Shown here piece by piece: positions 53,288 to 64,000 of a stretch of 64,000 bases of DNA. The position numbers and the translations under genes were made by a program. The notes under the pieces are model-generated. The model did not search any database and had not been told where the DNA came from. It saw only the letters and a list, made by a program, of their open reading frames with translations. The stretch spans positions 14,632,001-14,696,000 of the forward strand of contig CM120645.1 in assembly GCA_051362555.1 (NCBI GenBank). Reading direction: 5' to 3'. Origin of the DNA: Lingula anatina. Lineage: Eukaryota > Animalia > Brachiopoda. Position 1 is the stretch's first letter, and each line of letters opens with the position of its first letter.

Positions 53288-53713
53288 GAATTTCTTTTCC
53301 AAATAATTGTAAAACTATGTCAAAAGTTATTATTGAATGGATGTAGTAAAGGTAAGCCACAATTCCCCCATATGACTCATTCTTTCCCTTTTGTAATGAG
53401 GAAGAAGATAAGCGCAATTTAAAACTTGAATCAGTTCGTGAAAATAATTTGAAAGAATCAAACATTTTGATCATAGTGTTTATCTGTTGGAATTTGTAAG
53501 GAAAACTGCATATAGTAAGATTCTGGAAAAACAAAAAAAAAAAAAAAAAAAAAAAAAATGTAGAAATTTGATGAAAATGTGTATCTCGACGCTGTGCATG
53601 TGCGTGACAATTAATAATCACAATATGTCTGGAACATCACGTAAATGTAAAATTTTGTGCGTTGAGGAACCAATTTAAAGATGAACAAAACCAGTTCAGA
53701 AGGTGGGTGTGAA

Positions 53714-53786
53714 GGGGATCTAGCTCAAATGGTAGAGCGCTCGCTTAGCATGTGAGAGGTACTGGGATCAATGCCCAGGTTCTCCA
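53714..53786 (+). tRNA. trnA-AGC: tRNA-Ala(AGC)
   Basis: Identical to the 50091 copy. Confidence 0.9.
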
Positions 53787-56700
53787 GAATTTCTTTTCCA
53801 AAAATTGTGAAACTACCGTGTATGTCAAATGTTATTATTGAATGGATAAGGTATATATACTTCAAAATTCCCCATTCGAAAATGTCGAAATGATCGAAAA
53901 CTATTTATAGACCTATAAGAAGCGGTTTATTTACTGTTAAGTTATAGGAAAGTTGTTTGAAAACATCTCCTGTTTAACATACCCAGTTCCCCTTTCTTTT
54001 TACAACGATTGTGTTATTAGTAAGTGCACATCTATCGCATTCATTGAGCAACACAACCTGCATAATTTATACTTCTATCAATCCCCTCGCTCTATGAATA
54101 ACTTACACTATTTTTCATATATACCCACATTCTCGTTATTCGTCCATTCAGTGTCTTTTTATCGTTTTTGTTATGTTTCTAAGGTTTCTATTACTCTTTG
54201 TTTCAGGGTTTGTTTTAAGCGTATTGTTACACTTAAAGTTTTTTGCTCTTTTTATCCACTGCATTATTAAATCACCGAATTCATTTCGCTATTCAAAGAC
54301 TATATCATTAGGCACAGTTATTAAGATTAATTTTGTTGTCTTCAAATCGGTTACATGCTGCATATTTACAAAACTGACGGATAAAAAATCCGGAAAGATG
54401 AATTCAAATCTGCGTCATTGTAACTGGTGCATGTAAGTGAATGAGAACGAACATCAGTAGGTGGCGCTGGCTTCATGATATTGGAGGTAGCTAAAAATGA
54501 TACTTTCCACGCATGCGTCGTGGTGGAGAAAGAGGACGTGCTCGTGCCGATTGTCACCGAATACTTGAGCTCACCCTTGTGTACGTTCAAGGTCAACAAA
54601 CAGGTGGTTTTGTTTCAAACTCCGGAAACGTTGAGAATTGGAACGATCTTCATGAAGGACAGTTTGCAGCCTCCTCACAATCATTTTACTGTTATACCAA
54701 GCAACTCTATGTTTTTAGATTTTATGGGTAGCAGACGATTTTTATGTACTTGCAGCTTTTATCCTTCAGCTGTTTCCCTTTTTCATACAAATAACCTGTA
54801 CCTTATTCTTACTACTTTAGAAAGTTTAGTTAACACAACAAAGTCTTTACAGGGCAATTTGTTCCCGAAATTGTATATTTTATGTAGGCCTATCTGTCGA
54901 TACATAAATATATCTTTATCTTAAGATTAGTGAAAAATTCCTTGGTTACATATGGAGGCTTGGACTTCTACATCCGTGTGACCTGACACCTTTTAGGTTT
55001 TGTTACTGATACTCAAATCGGATTTTCCCATTTGCAAGTGATACTTTTACTCTTTAAAGCAAAAGAGGTCCTCATACATGTAACACTGCCATGCAGTATC
55101 GAGCAGTGTCAATTACCTGGAATCCAACTCAGACGCCGATATCCAGTAAAGTCACTTATTCCTGCATTGCCCTTCACATAGATTACATACAGTATCCCTT
55201 CTCTAGAGAATCTGTACGAGTCTTGGTACAGAATAGCAACTAAATTTGATAAACTTTATTGAGGTTGAAGTTATACATATATTTATTTGATTCACAATTC
55301 AAAGGAAGCCTGGTCATTTTGGCCCTGTTGCACACCATAAGCTGTCGCTCTCACCTCCCAGGGGAGGATTCAGCCCGGCTGCCGTATTAGGCGCTCAGAG
55401 CTAGCAAACGTACCATTTCTACACTGCCAGACCAGACACCTGCTTCAGCCCCTTCGTGCTGGCGGGTGCCAAGCTGGGAGACAGCAGGTACCGTTTAAAT
55501 ACATAGCATCAATATCATGAAAATGAAAATACGAACAGAAAAAAGTTTGTCCCATTCATTTATTTCCACAGGCGGAGCTTTTTTGCTTCTCACACGACAT
55601 GCCACCCCCTCTCTCATCGCAATTAGAAGGGGTAAAACATTAAGTTTGAATAAGTCTTGGTCGTGTATAGTTTTAAAATTGAACCTGATGCACTGAGCAA
55701 AGTTTTTTCGTAGCAGCATAAAAATAAATAAAAGATAAATGTTGCCACGCATCGAATGTAAAATTTTGAGAATTTGCCTGCATAAGGTACCCTAGGTTCT
55801 AGATTCCGATATTGCCAGCTCGATCTTGATTTCATATATAACCCATATCAACAATAGTAAAAGCGACTCCATCACAAGGTATATTTAAGCTAGTTAGCTT
55901 TTACGTTGCTCTGACACTCAGTGTAGCATAAGGGAGATATGATCTCAACGCCGTGATTAAAAACGGCCTCACATTTCGCATAGCCTGAAATCTGGTTCAT
56001 CATAATTCCGGCAATTCGTGTATACGTGAAATCAAAGTGCATCGACATCACCTGTTTGTATTCGACTGGTGACATTAATGTTTTTTTTTTTTTTTATGTA
56101 AACAATAGTGGACCGTTTTGTGGAAAAAAGTTTTGTCAACAGTTTCAGATATGGTACATAAACATCTATACTGTGTTGATGAAAGAAAAAAAAAAAAGAC
56201 GAATTCCCAGGAAAATTAAATTTTAGCTACATAAGTGACTAGAAGTATTTTGTGAGTACACGTACAGGTATATGTACACGCATAGCAGTGAATTCATTCT
56301 CATTAGAAACACCAAATGGGCGAATAGATGCTACATTTACGATTCAAAATGATAATCATAAATTATAGCAATCCCAATAAAATTTACCTTTCTAAAATTT
56401 TAATTTACATACCTATTATTGCACGCCTTTTTAATAGACAGCACTGTAAGTGAACCATGCTTTTTTTTCTCGAGATCGTCAACCCTCCCCAGTGCGAGCC
56501 CCCAAAACAACTTACTTTTTAAGGCTTGTCATTTTACTGGGATTCACTGGGGAGGCAGAAACGGAAAAAACAAAATAATAAATATAGTAGGCAGTGAATA
56601 TGCACTATAAAGATCATAAAACCATGCATTTCACAATTAAAAATAAGCAGTGAACTTAAACGTATTTCATTCTCCAAATTAAGGTAAGATTAGATTAGGC

Positions 56701-56966
56701 ATAGAGTCAAAATACATTTACAACTTATCAAAACGACAACTTAAAACGAAACCCGAACACTTCAAGATTCAAATCCAGCAAACTATTCTTGCGCCAAAAC
56801 GATAAAAACCCAACTTTTGATAAGAACCTCTGATACCTATTCCAACTTTCCTAGAGTTACCGAGGACTATCTGAACTTACAAACTACAGCACTTCAGCCA
56901 TTTTGTTTGGGAGGGGGGAGGGGTCTGGGTAATTCATCTCAGCAATTGGACATATGTTGCTATTAA

Positions 56967-57451
56967 TATACAACATTGGTCAAAAAGGTTGTCCCACCAT
57001 TGAGCACTAAAATGCATACACATTACATTTTACAGGTTCTCTACACTAGTCATAACAACTTAACAACAATTATACAAATCTATACAAATATTTATGGAAT
57101 GATTACTGGGAAGCAGCACAGAATAAAACGACTATTGCTATTGATGGGTATGTCGTTTTTTCAAACTTTCAGTTATATACAGTATAGATGTAATGTTCTC
57201 AAACACGATTCACTTTTTGGACTGAGCAGCCACTGAATTTTTCCATGATCTGTTTTCTGCTCAGGAGGTATCATTTATCTAATTCTTCTGTCACTATGTT
57301 CTTCACATTTCAGTAGAAAGTGGATTTCCGTTTCAATTTCATTACAGTGGGGGGCACTTGCGATTTTCAGTAGGGGTTTTAGGGGACGTATAGCGGCCAT
57401 GTTCAATTTCTAATTCGTGGTCACTAATGCGCATTTTTTGCAATAGTCTTC
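56967..57451 (-). mobile_element. 5'-truncated non-LTR retrotransposon (RTE-X/L2-like ORF2 C-terminus)
   Basis: Minus strand encodes MRISDHELEIEHGRY...RKCPHCNEIETEIHFLLKC. Flanked by an ATTAA duplication; empty site GCTATTAAAAAAGAG at ~41686. Confidence 0.85.
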
Positions 57452-57690
57452 ATTAAAAAAGATACATTTGTTATTACTCTACTTAAAATTAAGTGTTTAC
57501 CTATCATATTAAAATATTAAATGTTATTTAAACTTACATGATGTATTTAGCGACTGACGTGCTTATTCGATTCAATTCTCCTAGATTTAATGTGAATGAC
57601 ACTATATTTATATCACTTCAATTTTAGTTATTAGAATAGGCGGAGATTTTTCGCTACTCATTAAGCCTCATCATCATCATCATCATCATC

Positions 57691-57731
<41 letters not shown>

Positions 57732-59789
57732 GTAGGCCTACTTTGTAGTGGGTAGTTTTGATAACTTGAATAACTTCTGCTCATGATTAAAGTCGCGACG
57801 AATCGACTGAAAAATCTGAGACCTTGTTGTGTTCGTGTAGATATCATCTAAACATGGTGGTCGTAAGCGACTTCATATTTCAAATCGCTTGAAATCTGTT
57901 TAATCAATTTTCCAAGATGCCGAGCCTAGACGAAATTGGAGTGTACATGCATGAATCGACCTCACCTGTTTGAGGCTAACTAAGGTGCATCCACAACCAA
58001 AGAGCGCATTCAGAACAGTTCATCCGTGAACTTACTGATCCGCGGACTAAACATGGTCGAGCCACTTAAAAGCGATGCCGCTAATCCCTGCTGGTCTCCC
58101 CACTTCAACACGCGTAATTAAATGGATTAAACCTCAACTCCGAGATTTAATAGCTAGGCCCCTGCAGCGACGGCGCGTGTGATGGCGGGGAGACCATTAG
58201 GGAATTAGCGGCATCACTTTTAAGTGGGGTCTACCATAGCCTATTTAGTCTGCGGATCAGTTTATTTGCAAATCATCTGTTCTGACTGCGCTCAAAGTTG
58301 ATTCGCAGACTAACAAATCCGCGTAATCCCCGCTGGGAATCTATTCAGCCATGAGGGGAATATGCGGCAAGCTATTTAGTGGATCCGCCATTTTTCTTAT
58401 ATCTGCATTTATCAGAAAGTTTATTATTTATCTTGGTTTTACGAAGATTGAGTAAAATCAGTTAGCCGGTCTTTTTGGGTTGTTTAGGACTAATTACTTT
58501 ACTGAGTTACTAAAACTACATCATTAATATGATACTTAAATATTTTTATTTGAGTTTCATGGAAAGTAAATATAATAGAAGGTTCCTTTAATCTCAGTAT
58601 GTGGTTATATTTATTGTCTATTTCCTGGGAAACGTAGAGCTTAAAATTTCCCAGAATCCCAACAAGGAAATGGCATTGAATTTGCATTCAAAGAATTAGT
58701 TACTCATTTAAATACTTGGAAAGTTACTACACGAATACTATATAAGAGAGATGAATTAGCTGGTTTGTCAACAATATCGCTAGACGATAGAGATACCCAG
58801 CTGAAGATACCAGTGCCAGGCGCTCCTTGTTGAAGGTGAGATGTTTTCATCGTGCTTACGGTGCTATTTTTTAAATATTACATTGAAGCTGCCTATTTTG
58901 GCAAAGTTTTATAATTGCTTACCATCTAATTTGATATAGTAACATGGCGTATTTCAAGCCACTGATTCGACAAAAACATCTTTAATAGAGTGAATGAAAA
59001 TACTGATTGATTTGCGTGACTTCAAATTTACTTTCAAGGACGTTCTGAGCGATGCACTCATGAAGCGATTAATATTCTGAAGCATGAGTCGTTATTTTTG
59101 GGGCAAAGATTTAATTTTGATTGGGTTTTCGAAAGTTTTCCGTTTAACAACCAATATCAACGTAATTGTAGTAATATATTCAACTATTATTATGTTCATG
59201 CTGCCATCACACGTACATGTATACTCGTAACTATCTCTTCTTATTACATGTACGTGTATAACCTTTCGGGTGTGATCTTGCATTTAGGCGTGGCAGATAA
59301 AAACCATCGAAATCTAGCTTATTTAAGTTACTTCCACCTACGCCCAGTATTCTTTTAGACGCGCTATGTTAGACCGTTACTATATAGTTAAAAAAAGATA
59401 TTGAAATATCAAAAAAAAAAAAAAAATCTTAGTCAACAAAATATATTAGATTTTGTAGAAAATGGCCATCAATATAGCAGTTTTGGGCTTTTTCTTTTTA
59501 ATTTTACTGTAAATTGACAAGTAAAATTGACAAGTTTCTATCTCCATTCTAAAAGTTACTCGAAAATTAGCAGCTATCATTCTTAACGGTTTTGGTTAGA
59601 TGTGCCTTGTTGGTGAACGGATTTGATATTTCTAGGAAATTTTGTTTGTTTATAAAAGGTCAGATAAATATGCACTGAATAGACGTTCAAGATCAATCAT
59701 TACCTTTCACAAAACGTTGACGTAATTTTTTGAAGATGTCATTTTATGTTTTTTCTCACTCCATTTCTCTCTTCTCCTATCAGTCTACC

Positions 59790-61105
59790 ATGAAGCTGTA
59801 CCTGCTAATAGGCATTTTAGTGGTCGTCGTGGCTACGATGGTCCAGGACGGAGAGAGTTTTAGAAGAAGGCGGCAAGCAATCTGTTTTGCTTATTTTAAA
59901 ATCAAAAGCAATTTCTATGGAAAATTTGGTTTAAAAAAGACGAAAGAATAAATAGAAATATTTCAGATAATTTTAGTCTTCTTGGTTTGATAAGCATGGG
60001 TGGCGTGTCAATTTTATTATGTTTGCAGTTATAATGAACAATTTCAGTTTGAATCAGGCAAAGGCTAAACAGAATATTGAGTGGAGATAAATTAATTGTA
60101 AGCATAACCAGAAATGAGATGATCGAATTAATAATGCACTAGTGACACTGCATACCCTAAAGAATGCTACTCTATCCAAGCTAGTGTGGGAACGAAACAT
60201 TTATTTTTAAAAAGCCCAATCTGTGTGTTACGTTAGGAAAGGGTGGATAAATTTTCAGGATATTTTGACCTCGAAAAATAGAACAGTAAATGAAAATTAA
60301 GCACACTCTATTTCCAGATTCTTCAGAAGGGTGTTCAGACACTATTGCAAGCATAACCCGTGGGCTTGCTTGGGCGACGGAGTTGATGACGTAAGTACAC
60401 CCCGGAGTGAGAGAGAGAGAGAGAGAAAGATCAGAGGAAAAGGGAAGGAGCGTGATTTGGAAAATATGGGTGAAAGAGAGCAAAGAAGATTTCATAGTTT
60501 TCAATTAAATGATGAAAATATCAAATGATTTCAGGAGAAAAGACTGAGGGCCATGTTGAGCGATGTTCAAGACGGAAAGATGTCGGAGCTTGATGTAAAT
60601 GGTATGTTTTTGAAAAAAAATTCGTTTTTTTCTGCTTATACAAAGAGTATTGTTGTTTTTAGGAGAGAAATCTTGTCACTGACTGTCTTTAAAAGTGGTA
60701 TGTGACCATCCATTATCGTATCGCTGAGATGATGACATGAATGAACGTGATGTTTTCATTCTAATTAGTGCTGGATTATCTCCACGGTCACTTGATCTGA
60801 TCACAGGCCAGCTTCTCTCTCTCTCTCTCTCTCTCTCTCGCACGCACGCACGCACACAAACATACTCAAAGTGGCTACAACAATCACAAGGTATAGACCC
60901 TAGCTTATCCTACAAGTACTTTGAAACTGTTGATCTCTCTTTGCAATGATTTTGCCAATAGTTTTCTCAAAATTCTTCCATTTCAGCTCCTGTGAACCAG
61001 GACCTCTCATCGGACGCCGAGGATGCGCAGCTGGACAAGGAGCTGGACGATATGACTGAGGAGGACGTAGCTGAGCTTGAGGATCTGCCCAGCAATAAGG
61101 CTTAA
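59790..61105 (+). CDS. Putative antimicrobial peptide precursor 2, 113 aa; exons 59790-59872, 60318-60390, 60535-60601, 60987-61105
   Basis: Spliced product MKLYLLIGILVVVVATMVQDGES-FRRRRFFRRVFRHYCKHNPWACL-GDGVDDEKRLRAMLSDVQDGKMSELDVNAPVNQDLSSDAEDAQLDKELDDMTEEDVAELEDLPSNKA*. Same phases and GC donor as gene 1; TATA at 59651, AATAAA at 61572. Confidence 0.82.
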
Positions 61106-63019
61106 ATGGTAACTTTTTTGTTGGGAAAGTTTTAACAGACCTTTCGCTATTTTTCATCACTAACTAACTAAATGTGTATGTACTGAGTATTGCTTTTATA
61201 TTTACAAAATTAAGTAATTACTGGCCACTTCATCTACACCTAGTCTTTTTTCTTACATTGGAAAATTCAGAAAAAAACAAAAGGTGTTGAACAAAAACAA
61301 TGTAATAGGCAACCAGGCAAATTTCCATGCAGGCGGATGGCAGGGAGGGGTCGGGGGTAGGGGGTGTTTCTAAACCCAGCATTTCCCAAATTGTAAAATC
61401 TGACCTTACGGTCAATACATCATAATGCTAAAATCGGTTTATATGTAAACTCTCATATTCTTTTTCAGATACAATAACAAGACCCGCGTGTATTAATTAT
61501 GAAATTTTTTGATTCAAATTGACTGATTGAACACTGAAATTATTGTCAACCAGCAGCATTTCGACATTGGAAATAAAGCAGATGAATTCACTTTTTGTTT
61601 TTAAAAGAAAACTGATTGATAATTGAACAAGCAGTACATAGTTATAAAGTAAAATGATATGGACGGAGACAACACGCAGGCATCAGATACGAGACCGAGT
61701 ACAATTACGACCGTCGCAGTGATACAAAAACTTTTCAGCTGTTGTAACAAAAGAATGGGCAAAATGCGGTGTACGGTTAATTGTTATTTAAAGGTTACTT
61801 TAAGCAATATCCTTAATATCTATTTATTCAGTTGATCGATACAACGCAACCCTCAGCTACTTATGTAAGTCTGAACCCCCCCCCCCCCAAAAAAAAAAAA
61901 GAAAAAAAAGTATAACGAACCAAACGAGACAATATCATCCTTAAAACCTACCGGTACATAAACATGCATTGTGGAATTGTCCTTGTGTACTATTTTATAC
62001 TAGCCAGGTAATGGAGTCAAAATCCGTTGTCCTTGTGTACCTCCTCCCCTCCCCCTTCGTAAAATCCTGGTTTCACCAGCGCAGGGTCGTCCAACTCATC
62101 AGCTACAGCATCGTATGTTTTCTCCTCGATGTCAAACTGAGAAGATTAAAAAAAGTGCATTAGATCACGCATATTGACTGAAGTAGACAGAAAAATAATT
62201 TGATAAAAAACATGAGTTTGTACTGGGGAGTCATGCCTACGTCACCAGGTTTAACTTAACATCTTGGTTCTTGCTGTATTATTATCAGGATCAGCTGCAC
62301 ATTTATTTAGCTGGAATAGGAGAAAAACCAATCAATCAATCAAAAAAAAAAAAAAAAAAAGATAGTAAATTAAAGAAATAGAAAGATTAATGCAAAAAGA
62401 CGGTTTAATAAGCATAGTTTGAAACTAGACATTCCATTTTCCTGTTTTTTTAACGAAAATTTAGAACATGAAATTGACTAAAGCAAAGCATATACGTTGT
62501 GACAGTGCATACCGTTGCTTGTCGCATCCTGTGCGTGAGAGCTGACAATTATAACCAATCTAAATAATGGTAAATGCTTAGGTTCTTCAGACAGATTTAC
62601 GCAGAAAAAAAAAGAAATGGTAATTGTATTCGATATTCCCAGAGATATTTTTGTTTCAATATATCCAGAAGTTTTTTAATGGGTTTAAAAGACTTAACCA
62701 TCAGGTGCAAACAAAAACAATAAAAGATTGACACATAATGTTCATTTGTTTTGTAGTTTGTAATTTGCGAAAAGCGCACTCTATGCAAATTGCTGAAATA
62801 TACAAAAACAATAGTAGTTTGTATATACCTTATTAAAAGGCAAAAAGTTATTCTAAATGGGGAACGAAGGTTAAATGAGCTATAATTTCCGCTTTGTGTA
62901 AATGGGTGTCACGATCCTGTATTTGTGCACGTGCGTGACCGCTAGCAATAAAAATCCGTTTTCGTAGAAGAGACACTTTCTAGTGGCACAGCTAGTCAAA
63001 ATCCATAAATTAGCAAGAC

Positions 63020-63092
63020 GGGGATCTAGCTCAAATGGTAGAGCGCTCGCTTAGCATGTGAGAGGTACTGGGATCAATGCCCAGGTTCTCCA
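63020..63092 (+). tRNA. trnA-AGC: tRNA-Ala(AGC)
   Basis: Identical to the 50091 copy. Confidence 0.9.
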
Positions 63093-63422
63093 GAAATTCT
63101 TTTCCAAACAATTGTAAAACTATGTCAAAAGTTATTATTAAATGGATAAAGTATAGGTACTCCAAAATCCCCCATATGACCGACTCTTTCCTTTTTGTAA
63201 TGAAGAAGATAAGCGCCATTTAAAACTTGAATCAGTAGGTGAAAAACTTGAAAGAATCAAGTGTTCTCTGTTACAAAAAAGTTTGTAGAAATTTGATGAA
63301 AATTGTGAAAATGTGTATCTCGACGCTGTGAATGTGAGTGACATTTAACAATCACAATATGACTTGAACATCACGTAAATGTAAAAAAGATGAACAAATG
63401 CAGTTGAGAAAGTGGGTATAAA

Positions 63423-63495
63423 GGGGATCTAGCACAAATGGCAGAGCGCTCGCTTGGCATGTGAGAGGTACTGGGATCAATGCACAGGTTCTCCA
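63423..63495 (+). pseudogene. Degenerate tRNA-Ala (GGC anticodon)
   Basis: Carries the same four substitutions as the 50495 copy. Confidence 0.8.
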
Positions 63496-64000
63496 GAATT
63501 TCTTTTCCAAAAAAATTGTAGAACTGTGTCAAAAGCCATTATTGAACGAAAAAGGAAATGCACTCCAAATCCCCATAATAGATGTCCCTGTCCCTTTTGT
63601 AATGAAGAAGATAAGCACCGATTTAACTTAAATCAGTAGGTGAAAAAAAAATTAAAAAAATTAAACATTTTGATTAAAGCGTTTATCTGTTGGAATTTCC
63701 AAGGAAAATATTGCATATAGTAATGTTCTCGAATACAAAAAACAAAATAATTTGTAGAAATTTGATGAAAAGTGTTAGTAAGGTTCTCGATTACATAAAA
63801 ACAAAACAAAAAATAATTGTAGAAATTTGATGAAAAGTGTGAAAATATGTATCTCGACGCTGTGCATGTGAGTGACAATTAACAATCACAATATGTCTTG
63901 AACATCACGTAAATGTTAATTTATGTGCGTTGAGGAAGCACCTTAAAGATGAACAAATACAGTTGAGAAGGTGGGTAGAGCGCTCGCGTAGGATGAAGTA

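Larger units (their letters stand above)
39163..64000. repeat. Large tandem segmental duplication: copy 1 ~39163-54410, copy 2 54411 to beyond the window end
   Basis: TGCGTCATTGTAACTGGTGCATGTAAG starts both copies. Order is colinear: SINE fragment, foldback element, peptide gene, tRNA array. Confidence 0.92.

Noticed and set aside
50102-53678. Repeated minus-strand ORFs ending ...HMLSERSTI
   Set aside because: They are antisense translations of the tRNA repeat units.
50091-53800. Regularly spaced repeats resembling a CRISPR array
   Set aside because: The repeats are 73-nt tRNA genes and the spacers are long and homologous to each other; eukaryotic context, no cas genes.
7366-63495. Functional link between the HEPN nuclease and the tRNA-Ala array (target or decoy)
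   Set aside because: They are more than 40 kb apart and nothing in the sequence links them; speculation only.

Overview
AT-rich, intron-containing eukaryotic DNA from an animal, most likely a marine invertebrate; the taxon cannot be fixed from sequence alone. The window looks like a fast-evolving innate-immunity neighbourhood. (1) A minus-strand, two-coding-exon STAND/NLR-like gene of ~2416 aa after splicing, with an N-terminal DZIP3-type HEPN domain (intact RNEFAH motif), an NB-ARC NTPase and ~43 tandem 42-aa TPRs. (2) A frameshifted, intronless rhodopsin-type GPCR. (3) Two tandem four-exon genes for secreted proteins with two WSC-like domains each. (4) A ~13-15 kb tandemly duplicated cassette. 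Each copy holds a small multi-exon gene, not reconstructed by the ORF track, encoding a signal peptide, a cationic Arg-rich peptide with a C-X6-C loop and an acidic propiece (candidate new antimicrobial peptide family), followed by an array of intact and decayed tRNA-Ala(AGC) genes. MITEs, LINE/SINE fragments and microsatellites lie between; several have empty sites in paralogous copies. All gene models were built by hand from splice signals and phase compatibility and need RNA confirmation.
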